From: Mytilus californianus
Taxonomy: Eukaryota
Length of the DNA: 64,000 nt
Assembly: GCF_021869535.1 (NCBI RefSeq)
Contig: NW_026262712.1
Coordinates: forward strand, 70,680,001 to 70,744,000
Reading direction: 5' to 3'
The notes under the pieces: generated by a model
What the model saw: the letters and a program-made list of their open reading frames with translations, nothing else
Database searches by the model: none
Told to the model about the DNA's origin: nothing
In this document: piece by piece, positions 47,828-60,000 of the stretch
Numbering within the stretch: the stretch's first letter is position 1
How the letters are laid out: each line of letters begins with the position of its first letter
Position numbers and translations under genes: made by a program

Positions 47828-48961
47828 TTAAGTCGGCTTTGAATATCGGCCAATGAAAAGTATAGTTCCAGATTCATTTTCACGGATTAAAAACAAGAAC
47901 GGGTGGTCTGCTTTAAACTCAAATGGCGGAAGTGGCATCATCATCCGGGTCATTACAAGAGCGGTGGCAGCAGCTGCTTCTGTTCCTTCCTCGTTCACTT
48001 CAACAAAAGCCTTGTGTATGGCGTCGCTCACATACACATCTTTCCCACCATCTTGATATATCCCACCAAAGTCAGCTTTAGTATCGAATATTTTTGTGAT
48101 GCCAAGCTTTGGTAAAACTTTAGTCAGATCAAATGTAGCCTCTATTTTAAATTTCGGTATGGAAATATTAGTTTCTTGTTTATAAGTACTGTCAATGGCT
48201 TTTTGTAATGTCGAAACGGTCAGATTACTTTCTAATACAGTCAAACCCATCTTTTTGTTTGGTAGAATAATCATCATAGAAAGTGTGTCCCCTTTGTACG
48301 GCAGTTGCAAACACTTACAATCCAACTCGTCAAATTCACCGGACATAACTTTCTTTTTACCAAACATCATATCTACTGCGATCACATTTTCGTCGCTGAC
48401 GTGAAAGGGTTGCCTGGAAGTATTTCCTTCATCAAACTTGAGCTCCCAATCACCCTTAAAATATATAGCATTTGTTAAAACCATCATTGTATCCTTAGTC
48501 AGAAGATTCGGAGTTAGAAGATCCTTTATCTTATCCCTGGTTTGTTTTTCTATCCAAGAGTTAATCTGAATTCTTGCTTCTTCAGCTTTGTTTTCAAAGT
48601 CCATCAGTTGTACTTCACTGCCATAATATTTCAGGGCAGCATCGGTGAAATTTGTCTTCAAATCTACTCCTAATTTCGAAAATAATCTATTGGCTATTGC
48701 CACTAATACACCGTTTCCTGATTTAGAACACAGTTTATTCTGCAGTGAATTGTATCCTTCATGGGCAGAAGAACCTGTTTGTCCCTGAAGTTTTAATGCC
48801 GTTTCTAATTCTGTTTTAGTATCACCATCTGTTCCCAAAAGAAGTAACATCAACGCGGCAGATACACTGTACGGTGACATAAACACATTTCCTTCTTTTT
48901 CTAGTGCTTGATATAGTGGTAATGAGAATTCAAGAACCGATTTCTCGAATGCACTACTCAT
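47828..48961 (-). CDS. Serpin, leukocyte elastase inhibitor/clade-B-like (no signal peptide), single coding exon, 377 aa
   Basis: NVFMSPYSV, IANRLF, INSWIEKQT, LTNAIYFKGDW, LQLPYKG, IPKFKIE, HKAFVEVNEEGTEAAAAT hinge, FKADHPFLFLI signature. TATA-like TATAAA at 49068-49063. Confidence 0.96.
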   Translation of the reverse strand: MSSAFEKSVLEFSLPLYQALEKEGNVFMSPYSVSAALMLLLLGTDGDTKTELETALKLQGQTGSSAHEGYNSLQNKLCSKSGNGVLVAIANRLFSKLGVDLKTNFTDAALKYYGSEVQLMDFENKAEEARIQINSWIEKQTRDKIKDLLTPNLLTKDTMMVLTNAIYFKGDWELKFDEGNTSRQPFHVSDENVIAVDMMFGKKKVMSGEFDELDCKCLQLPYKGDTLSMMIILPNKKMGLTVLESNLTVSTLQKAIDSTYKQETNISIPKFKIEATFDLTKVLPKLGITKIFDTKADFGGIYQDGGKDVYVSDAIHKAFVEVNEEGTEAAAATALVMTRMMMPLPPFEFKADHPFLFLIRENESGTILFIGRYSKPT

Positions 48962-50729
48962 TTTCGACAGTTCGTGTTGCTGAGACTAATCTTTTTTACA
49001 ACAGCAAAGTAGTCAGTTTTATTACAAATCCTTCCTGGGTAGGCGTGTTTAATTTAGTATAATTTATAAGTGTTCTACGATGCGGAAAGTAGCTTTAAGG
49101 AAACACAAATTAAAGTGAATGTGATCGATATTTACCACTTTGTACTTGTGTGTATGATAATGATCATATATGTTAATACATGTATAGTGTGACCTTCACA
49201 TGCATGATAAGAACTGAAGGTAATTTAGCCCGGGGTTCAGATATATAGGTATACATACAATACATACATACACACATATATATATGTATGTTCATTGATA
49301 TTTTAAAAGTAATTTTCTATCTCCGCTTTTGTCTTGTATACTTAGCTGCGTTGTTGTAGAGACTGATTAGAAATTGTAACCCTGCATCTGATCACCCCAT
49401 CCCCAACCTTTTCCCTACACGATTCCATGAAACAAAAGTACCTGTAGTTTTAAAATAAAATAACGCTTATTAATTTACATGAAACAAATTTAGTGACAAT
49501 AAATAATAAATATCTGAATTACATATTACATGTGTTACACATACAGAACAAATTTTTTTTTAATGATGTATGCATATTAACTTTTCTAATCCTTTTTGAG
49601 TGATGTGAAACATGACGTCCTTTATTGTAGGAGAAAATATTGTCTTTCTCATAATAGCCATTAATTTGAATGAAATTTATTAGTTTATGACTGTATCGTA
49701 GGCGATTGTTAAATGCTTCGAGTGTATTATATTTGATTTCTCACGACCTTGCAGTTTTGACATATTTACAAAGAAGGCAATAATGCTGAAAGATAAACAT
49801 TTATTCGATTTAAAGACGTTTTCGTTAAGATGTAATTTTTATTTCAGTGTGCATTAGTGTCGATGCATTTTACGCCAAGATTCTTCAATTATTTTGATTT
49901 ATCATAACAAGTGTAAAAGAGAGGCGAACGATATCAAAGGGACATTCAAACTCATAAGTCGAAAATAAACAGACAATGCCATAACTAAAATTGAAAATAA
50001 ACTGACAACGTCGTGACTAAAAATGAAAAAGACCAACAGACAAACAACAGTACAGTGGGAAATCTGGTGACAAAATATTACCTGCACTATATACACAGAA
50101 ATCTTGATCTTTTCAATGTTTGTCAAGTTTTCGCAATGACGCTATCAACAATAGATTTACTTATTGATAAAAAGGTTCTGGTAAATATAGTAACAATTAA
50201 ATCAAATTGAAATAAAATCAAAATTTTCATATAATGTTATCATTTCCCTCCTAAATATATATAGCAAACGACGAGACTCAGTATAGCAGGCTATAAGAGC
50301 TTTATGTAAAATTGGTTTAAAATGTTGCTATGATAGATATAAGAAAATGTGGTATGAGTGCCAATGAGACAACTCTCCATCCAAGTCACAAGTTGTAAAA
50401 GTAAACCATTATAGGTCAAAGTAAGGCCTTCAACACTGAGCCTTAGCTCACCCCGAACAGCAAGACATGAGAATAAATTCCTGGATTACCAACTTCAATT
50501 TATTTTTCTACTGGCTTTATAGCTCTCTGGAACACCCCAATTATATGTATGCACCTAGATCAGAGAAGTTCTGGGAAAAAAGTTCACTGGAATCGATTAA
50601 TATGCAGCAAAGATTAACATTTTTGAAATTAAGTTACCAAGCAAATTCAGACGGACCTTATCCCGATTTAAACAATGAATGCGAATAGATCGAGAAGACC
50701 GCAAATACATGTACAGAAATCGAGACTAC

Positions 50730-50880
50730 GGCTGTGTTTGGATATACGCTAGAGGTGGCCTATGGTTATCCATAGGTACCTTTGGTTTGATATTCTATAT
50801 ATCAAAATATCAAACCATTGGTACCCAAAGATACCTATGGGTAACCATAGGCTGCCTTAGGCGTATATCCAAACACAGCC
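50730..50880. mobile_element. 151-bp palindromic MITE (PIF/Harbinger-like TIR GGCTGTGTTTGGATATACGC)
   Basis: ~20-bp TIRs; inverted relative to the copies at 51073-51371 and 55851-56001, differing by about 2 nt by eye. Confidence 0.8.
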
Positions 50881-50949
50881 GATCTTTTCTTAAAATTGTA
50901 TAAAAGAATAGTAAAAATCTTTGAACAGTTAACCTACTTTATAAAAATA

Positions 50950-51715
50950 ATTATATTTATTATATACTTAGTAGTAAATACAGATAAATTGTATGTGTAA
51001 TACAATCATTGGCAAGCGTGCTGTATCAGCCACCCGTGATGATATCGATATCAGCACGGTTGCAAAGGCTTTGGCTGTGTTTGGATATACGCCTAAGGCA
51101 GCCTATGGTTACCCATAGGTATCTTTGGGTACCAATGGTTTGATATTTTGATATATAGAATATCAAACGAAAGGTACCTATGGATAACCATAGGCCACCT
51201 CTGGCGTATATCCAAACACAGGCTGTGTTTGGATATACGCCTAAGGCAGCCTATGGTTACCCATAGGTATCTTTGGGTACCAATGGTTTGATATTTTGAT
51301 ATATAGAATATCAAACGAAAGGTACCTATGGATAACCATAGGCCACCTCTGGCGTATATCCAAACACAGCCACAGCCTTTATCACACCTTTAATCTATAT
51401 GACGTCACGTCATCTATTGTAGTCACTGTTGCAAAGGCTTAATCAAACCCCTAATCTGTATGACGTCATGTCAAACCTCTAATCTGTATGACGTCATTTC
51501 AACCCCCCTTATCTGTATGACGTCATGTCACATTAAACACATCTACGTGAGGTATATGTATATAATAAAGTGTATATGATATAGCTTTTTCAATATCACA
51601 CACCGTATCAACCCTCAACCAATATAATCCCTCGAGCAGAGCTCTTGGGATTATATTGCTGTCTCTGGTTGATACGGATGTGATATTGAAAAAGCCATAT
51701 GATATTCTCTATTTA
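50950..51715. mobile_element. Host element of the MITE dimer, with internal TGACGTCA-containing repeats and a terminal hairpin
   Basis: Repeats of TAATCTGTATGACGTCA; hairpin TTTTCAATATCAC..CCGTATCAACC / GGTTGATACGGATGTGATATTGAAAA at ~51585-51693. Confidence 0.5.
51073..51371. mobile_element. Head-to-tail dimer of the 151-bp MITE
   Basis: Copy 1 at 51073-51220 lacks the last 3 nt and is fused directly to copy 2 at 51221-51371. Confidence 0.85.
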
Positions 51716-52224
51716 ATTTTTTAACCTGCAAAGACATGACTTTTAAATTGTTATATTCACGAAAAGACAATATTTCTATATTGAAAATTCACGTGACAAG
51801 AGCAGATCGGTGTACTCGAAAACTTAAGATGTGACAAATAGGTATATTTTGGGAAATTGTAACAGGTTAAGGACTTTGTGGAACACTCCGAAATGTTTTG
51901 ACCTGAAAGGTCTTTAGATTTTGTATATACATGATTTTTCCATTTTTTTTAATCATTATACAGCAAAGATTTTTTAAATTTCAGTTTCACAAGCTTTCAA
52001 TGCAATTATCTCTGTAAATAATGATCATACAACATCGTGTCTTTGTATGTATATTTCTAATAACACAGTTTAACAATTAATTTCTTTAAAATGTACGATT
52101 GTTGTTTAGAAATAACTTTTGATCAGTATCGTAACCGTCATTGTTTTACTATCGATTTTCTCGACTTTTTCAAAAGAAGAGTGAATTTTCCTTTGTTCTA
52201 GTTCTTCGGTTAAGCCGCTGAGTA

Positions 52225-54560
52225 CGCAAAACACAACATATACAACTAAAGACTGAGCAACACGTACCCCACCAAAAACTGGGGGTGATCTCAGGTGCTC
52301 CGGAAGAGTAATCAGATTCTGCTCCACATGTGGCACCCGTCGTGTTGCCTATGTTAGTACAAACCGGTGATAAGTCTAATTCGGTAGGTCACATTCGGGG
52401 AAAGGGGACGGGATTGTAGTTAAGACAATTGGAACATATCCGTTGTAATCAGTGAAACAGATATTCCATAACGATCAACCAACTCGTGATGGCGTCCGTA
52501 AAAGTTACGAAGGGATGATTTTAACTTCACCACTTGGAACTCTTGGTTTAATAGCATTTTTGGGAGCATCAACCCTCTATCAAGGAAATCATGATAGGAG
52601 ATACAAGCCATGGAATATCGTATTAACTGGGAGATAAATACTCCATATGCAGGAGCTGCTGGAATGTTGCTACATAGAAATGGGAAGTTCACAATTGAGA
52701 AGCTGAAATCATCTCTTTTGTCGTAAAGTTTTGATTTTAACCGACCCTCATTGTCAATTTCTAGATGTAAGTCAAGATATGAGGCAGACTGAAGTGTACC
52801 AGTCGTATCCTTTATCTCAAGTTCGATGGGATAGATGCGTTCAACATAGTCACCAACTTTTGAACTATTTAGTGATAGAACATCATCTATATAGCGGAAA
52901 GTGAAATTAAAGGATACTGTAAAGTGTAGAAAAGTCAAATGTTGTAATACTATTGCAAGATGAAAGAGCTTAGATTGTATGTACTCCAAAAGATCTTTGG
53001 ATTTTTTTAGACTGATTCACGCCACCTCTAGAATAGGTAGTTTCACAATAGCTTTGAAGGCCGGCCTTAATTGCTGATAACATTGATGTTAATAATTTAG
53101 AGAGGTTTCGTGGAGCACTTGGAAGACCCAGCAATATAACGTTTTTTGAAAGGACATTTGTGTAGTTTAGGTATCCAATACAGGGATGGAAGATCCAGTT
53201 CTTCATCTTTGGTTGAAATTCCAAAGGAACATAGAACAGACCTATGATTATCCAGGATTTCCTCATTGGTAAGTGTCGTTCGGGTACATGTTGAGTTTTC
53301 AAGTGAATTGTCAATGTCTCATTCATTTATCAAGCAGTTTACGTAATGTGATTTACACACAAAATCCAAAGTTGTTTGGGGATTTATCTGCGGGGACAAC
53401 ATATTTGTCATGGAGGTAGAACAGGTGTTTTGCAACATTTTTGGGTCTTTAAAGATTGGTTTAGCATGGATATTCATAGACCCATTCAGTTTTTTTAATT
53501 CTGGTTTGTATCAACGACCTTTCAGCCTTAATCTATTTGGAAAGAGTATCTACGTACGCGTCTTCTTTCTCGCGTTTAATCCATTGCCTCGCATAATCCT
53601 CGACTGAATCCATCAGTATTTAGGTCACCAGTAATAACGTGACCTGCCTAATATATGAATGGGGAACTAGCACATGTGCAATCAGGAGGTTTAGACTAGA
53701 AGTCATCAATATTGAGATCCTGCAACACGTGTTTGTAATTGAAAATTTTAGTTGCAATTGGTTTGGTATAGATATCTGGAAATGATGGGTACAGACTGAT
53801 CTTTTAAATGGGGAGGTGTTTTTGAGTAAACTGATTTATGATGAAGTATATTGCCCAAGTTGATGGCATCGAGACTTTTGTTGGCAAAGGAAAGTTTTAG
53901 AAAGGATCTTTTTTTTCCTTTTCATCTTTTCCAATGCGAGCTGGTTTGAAGTCTGTGACTTGCAATATCCGAGATGAAAGCTGTAAGTTTGTATTGGTTT
54001 GAATAGGGGTTTGTAACAGTGGTTTCCAAACATAAGTTGTACATAGAATGAAGTGTTGAAAGGGGTAATGAATAAAACTTCGTGCGAATGTGATGAATAT
54101 CTAACGGCTTTTGTATAACTGGCAGATCATGGAGAGTATGTGATGTATAATGACGATGACCATGACTGCGTCTACGTCGAGGAGTAGAGTTAAAAATGTT
54201 CATCATATTCATCGAGCTACAGGAAGGACTAGATAGAATACCTATACCATCAATTTTGTCATTGCAACCATATGGTGTCACAGTTCCCAATTGGCGAATC
54301 CAGTTGTTTCCTTTTTGTCTACCGAGAGGTGTTGCAAGATGAGGATTGTTAGTCCTGTGGTATATTTTTTCGATGATGCGAGCTTGCATAGTAAGGACTG
54401 AATGATCATGCTGGTTAAAATGCTGGTAAATAATGTCGCTTGAATTGTTGTTTATTTAGCCTTCCTTTCGTTTCACCGATATATACCAATCCGCAAAGGT
54501 TAGACTCTGATCCGTAGACGACATTAGTTGGTTTACAATTCATATCATCGTAGCTTCTTC
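52225..54560 (-). mobile_element. Decayed Penelope-like element with N-terminal GIY-YIG endonuclease (Naiad/Chlamys-type architecture)
   Basis: 5' to 3': NVVYGSESNLCGLVYIGETKGRLNK, WIRQLGTVTPYGCND, KPPDCTCASSPF..GHVITGDLN, RT FRYIDDVLSLN, SASYLDLHL, LYDKRDDFSF, PAYGVFISQLIRY. Frameshifts and an internal RT deletion near 52920-52950. Confidence 0.82.
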
Positions 54561-54564
54561 AATT

Positions 54565-54628
54565 TGTCAGAAGTGGGATTCGAACCCACGCCTGGAGAAC
54601 CAGACTGCGACCTGAACGCAGCGCCTTA
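54565..54628 (-). pseudogene. trnL: 3' 64 nt of a tRNA-Leu(CAG) gene (orphan half left by the retrotransposon insertion)
   Basis: Identical to the 3' part of the array tRNA from TAAGGCG through ACTTCTGACA; lacks the 5' 20 nt and the T5 terminator. Confidence 0.92.
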
Positions 54629-55850
54629 TTTTTATCATTAATAAAATGTTTATTACATATTTACATACTGTCACCATGAGACATTCCTCTTTGGTGAGAA
54701 TTTTTCTATTTACAGAGTTGTTAGTAGTTATCCTCCTACATTATTAAAAAAATAAAATACATCTAGATGATACACGTTAAAAACTTTAAAAGGAAATTAT
54801 AACATATTTGTCCCAATTTATTTTATAATGATTCATTTTTCAAAAAGTGTATATGCCCTTTATAGCTTACTTTTCGGTTTGAGCCAAGGCTCCGTGTTGA
54901 AGACCGTACTGTGACCTATAATGGTTTACTTTTATAAATTTTGACTTGGATGGAGAGTTGTCTCATTGGCACTCATACCACATCTTCTTATATCTATATA
55001 TGAATTGTAACAGGACAAATTCAATATAAGATATATATTGAAAGCGAGACAACTCTTTTTTATTTTTACAAAAATCGAACACACCTAAATGCGATCGATA
55101 ATTTTACATTGGAATGCGATCCTTTGTTCTATCAACCAATCAAATGAAAGTAACTGTCTAGACAAAAAACTATGTAGTCATTTTGAATATCTAATAAAGT
55201 GTTATTGTGTAAAAAATATTTATAGAATAATTGTCTTTGTTGTGTCATTTTATAATACGTGTATGCGTATTCAATGTATTTTTTAATTGTGTACTTGAAT
55301 AAACGAAGTGCATCAATATCTTTGTCATGAAAAACTTTTAAATTCCGTGTTTTGAATATGCATAGTCGGGCTACACTGAGGAAAAAAATAAGAAAATAAG
55401 TATTAATAACTAGTGTACGTTTCAAAAACCTAAGTAAAAAAGAACTGTTCATAATCATTAGAATTAACCATGTCAGGTGGGTAATTAATAAAAATGTTGA
55501 GTACTAGTAATATGTCCTTCAGGTAATCATGAATTGTTTGAGCTTTTGACAAAGTACAAACAGGTGACTAAGATTTTCTGTACCCTGGCCGCACGTTTTG
55601 CATGTGCCAGTATCTGTCTAACCTATTCTGACCAGTTTTTCGAGTGCAAAATTGCTCGATGGACAATCCTATAGTTTAAGCAATGACAATCAGGGGGTAA
55701 ACCACTTTGATTGACAACTGAATAAAGACTTTTGAAATTGAGAGACGGATATCGCTCCGCCCAATGCTTTTCAGCAGAGGGCGTTTCAAAAAATTTTGAC
55801 AGAAGGCTGTAAAATAAATTCGTCACAGCACTTCTAAGGTGAATTTCTTT

Positions 55851-56001
55851 GGCTGTGTTTGGATATACGCCTAAGGCAGCCTATGGTTACCCATAGGTAT
55901 CTTTGGGTACCAATGGTTTGATATTTTGATATATAGAATATCAAACGAAAGGTACCTATGGATAACCATAGGCCACCTCTGGCGTATATCCAAACACAGC
56001 C
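55851..56001. mobile_element. 151-bp MITE inserted into the Tx1-like ORF2 with a 3-bp (TTT) target duplication
   Basis: TTT at 55848-55850 and 56002-56004; removing the insert restores the reading DNDK-EIHL. Confidence 0.88.
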
Positions 56002-56764
56002 TTTGTCGTTATCTAAACAAATTTTAACAATCGGAGTAATCTCAACATTAAGAGGATTTTCGGATTTTAATAGTTCTTTTCACTCGTCAGGAATACATCG
56101 AATGATTTTTTCGAAAGCCGTTTTTTCATCAGGAAATTTTTGTTTAATTATTTCGACTATTGAATTCGATGTGAAGAAACCCGGCATAAATTCATAGCAA
56201 ACGTCTCTTATCCGTATCAAGCCTGTTTGAATGAATTTTTCAAACAGTAGCATTTTACCGTTGTATGTTATGTTTGGATTACAAAAAAGTGGATTATTAT
56301 ATACATGTTGTACTTGAAAATCGAATTTCAAATTGGATTTTATTTTATAATACGCGTTTATCATTTCTTGATAATAAAGCGGTAAGTTTTGAATTCAGAT
56401 GCGTATAAACAATATCTTGTTTTAAATCCATATTATCGATTTTAGTGATGAAGTAATCAAACGCACCTTTCCAAATTGACTGACATTCAGGATCTAAATA
56501 TTTTTTAAGAAATTTTAATATGTCAAATATTTAATTACAATCCAAATTCAGACCGGTATCAAGCTTGAATATTGTGTCCATTTTTGCCCTAACTGTATAG
56601 AGTTGGACCTCTGCGAGCGTATCCAGCTGCGCTTATTTCGTTCATAAATTACTTTCTACTTGGAAATAATTTTGTTTGGAGGAACTGTTATAGTTTCTAG
56701 AAAAAGTATTGTCATCGAAAGAGTTGACATGTTGCAATGTACATTTAACATTATGTTACTTGAT

Positions 56765-57020
56765 AAAATTGAGAATGGAAATGGGGAATATGTCAAAGAG
56801 ACAACAACTAGACCAAAGAGCAGACAACAGCCGAAGGCCATCAATGGGTCTTCAACGCAGCGAGAAAATCCCGCACCCGGAGGTGGTCCTCAGCTGGCCC
56901 CTAATTAAAATATGTACTAGTTCAGTGGAAATTGACGTGACACTAAACTCCAAAACATATAAATGAACTAAAATTAAAAACATACAAGACTAACAAAGGA
57001 CAGAGGCTCCTGACTTGATG
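56765..57020 (+). repeat. Interspersed SINE-like repeat, with other copies at 47380-47530 (inverted) and ~30150-30210 (partial)
   Basis: GAGAATGGAAATGGGGAATATGTCAAAGAGACAACAAC...GGGTCTTCAACGCAGCGAGAAAATCCCGCACCCGGAGG shared between copies. Confidence 0.65.
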
Positions 57021-60000
57021 TTCTTGCAATACACACAATACAGTGACTAAGCAATCATTATGAACTACTTTTCATAGGATGGAAGTCATTGAATATGCTG
57101 ATATAATCAATAATAAAGAATAGTCCATTTATATTTATAAGGAAAGGTATTACATGAAAAGTGCTTACCATGGTGAGGTACAGAAAATATATATATATAT
57201 ACGGTGATTATCACCAAGGTTGAAATTTATTTTCTGAAGTAAAGGAAGACAATGTGTACCCCATTGTTAAATTTACATTGCATTTCAGATTAAAACAGAT
57301 ATCTTGAGATTGACTGTATGTTACCATAGTTTACAAATAAAATTAATATATCATATTATCCATATAAAGTGCGTTTTATAATTATGCCACAATATCTATT
57401 ATCATCAACCATGCCAAAATATATGCTTGGTATATCCAATATGTAATTTCACAGATACACACATATACTATGTGCAAGTTAATTATATCAAAGTAACAGT
57501 CATACAAATTGCCCTTAACCGTCAAAATGTACTGAGATTTAACACCAGCATTCATCTATGCACGATAAGTTCAACAGGAGTATTCTACATAGTTTTATGC
57601 TTCCAAATCAAAAGTTTATATAAAAGAAAGAAGTCAAAGGTTTCCCATCATAGTTTAGTTACATACATTTTTTTTGTACCTGAGGTCATTGAATATAGAT
57701 CATTATACAAATAAGGAGATATGGTATGATTGCCAATTAAACGACTATCATCCATGATTACTAGTAACAAACCACATTTGCAAAGTTGAATAAAATACAG
57801 TTGATACCTGGTATTTATTCCTAAAAAGAAAATGCCCAACTATATTAAACCGTATTTGACTATAAACAGGGTACAAACTGGACATAATGCACTAGTTCAT
57901 AAACAAGTTAGAACAATCACCTTCATATAATGCTCAGAATATGACATTCATGAAACTTGTTCAATATCATTAGAGAACTCTAAATCTTAAATACTGGAAG
58001 CCACCTCTCATAAGTACACTGTACTATGCAAGATAATGATATAACTGGACTAAAATTACACACAACCTGAAATTAACTGCCTTTACAGCGCTTTCGCGCT
58101 TTGATTCAATCTAAAGTATGAAGTCAAAAATCCATTACATTTAACTGAACTAAAAATGTTTGTGTAAAATATTTTTATCCAGTTTTTGAATTTATTACCA
58201 AATCCAAATTTGTCTAAAACTGCAAACAGATACTCGTGTCCAGCTCTGTCAAATACTTTTTCTTTGATCTAATTTTAATAAATAACATTCTATATCATCC
58301 ATTTCTACTAAATCCATAATATCCCTCACACTAGCAACTGTATCAGAGATATCTTTTCCTAAGATACAACAGCTTTGATTTGGTGAAATAACTTTTGGAA
58401 GTACATAATTAAATCTATTTGCCATAACTCTTGCAAGTATTTTGTAATCAACATTCAACAAGCTAATTGACCTAAAGTTTTTCAAATCTGATTTATCACC
58501 TTTGTTTTTTAATATTATATTTATATTCCCATATCTCATAGCTCTAGATAATTCCTCATTTTCCACAATACTTTGATAAATATAGAGTAATACGTGTTTT
58601 AATTCATTAAAAAAAAAAAAAAAAATTCTGCAGTTATACCATCTGGTCCAGGTGTTTTCCCTTTTTTCATACCTTTTAAGGATTTTTCAATTTCCTCAAT
58701 ATTAATTTCATCATCACACATTTCTACATCCTCATCATCAATTTTGACATTAACATTATTCAATAATTCATCAACTGAATGCATATCAATACTAACACAA
58801 GAAAACAAATGTTTATAATAATCATGTATAACATCTAGTAGATCATTTTTTTCTGTGACAATTTTCCCATCACAATCTTTTATTTCACTTATCACATTCT
58901 TATTCTGTTAATACTTTTCTAATTTCAAAAAAATATGCAGTATTTCTATCACTTTCTAGAGCCCACTGACTTGTATCTCAAAATTGCACCTTTACATTTG
59001 TATGTTTCAATATCTTCTAATTGTGTTTTCAATTCTAAAAATTGTTCACTATTTATCTGAATACCATTTGCAGATTTTACTGTTAATTCTTGAATTTTAT
59101 TCTGCAATTTATAATATTCCCTGTTTAAATCTTTTTGCTTTTCTTTGCCATAGATTTGGCATAATCTTTTAATCGTAAATTTTAAATTATCCCACCAAAT
59201 TAAAGGATTTGACATATAAAGATCTGACCCAATTTCCTCTGCAAATAGTCTCTTTATTTTATCAGTAAATAATTCATCTTGTAAAAATGAATTATTAAAA
59301 ATTCCACACACCTGGACCTCTTTCTACATTACAAAAATCTACTTTCATGCTGACAATATTATGATCACTAAAACTAGTATCTTTATAATGAATATTCTTA
59401 ATACTTGATTTTAAATCTATTGAAACAAGAAAATAGTCTATTCTGCTTTGGGTTAAAAACCCTTTTACAACCTGTTTTCTAGAAAAAACTTTTGTATTAA
59501 TATTTCTATTTCTCCATATATCATATAAATCTTTTTCTTGCATAAAATTACATAAGGATTTTACAGCCTTATCATTACAATGTAGGGTTTTCCCACTCTT
59601 GTCTAAACTGGATAAAGTAGTATTAAAATCTCCAGCAACTAATACATATTTTCATTTACTAATTTTATTTTTACACTTTAAGAAAAACTCATATCTTTCA
59701 TTTACATTATTTGGTGCATATATATTATAAATGTCAATTAATTTATCATTAATTGTCCCTTTTATATGAATAAATCTTCCATTATCATTTTCCACTTCTA
59801 AAAAAATATTTTTTAATTTCTTACTAACAAGAATAGCAACACCTTGTCTGTTATTACCACTATTACTAAAAAAAAACATCTCCATCCCAAATAGTTTTAT
59901 CTCTTTTAATTCTTTCTACAAACAAACCATTCCAGAATGTTTCTTGTAAACATATAATATCATAAAATCACAATGAAAAAATACAATTCCTTTTTATTAT

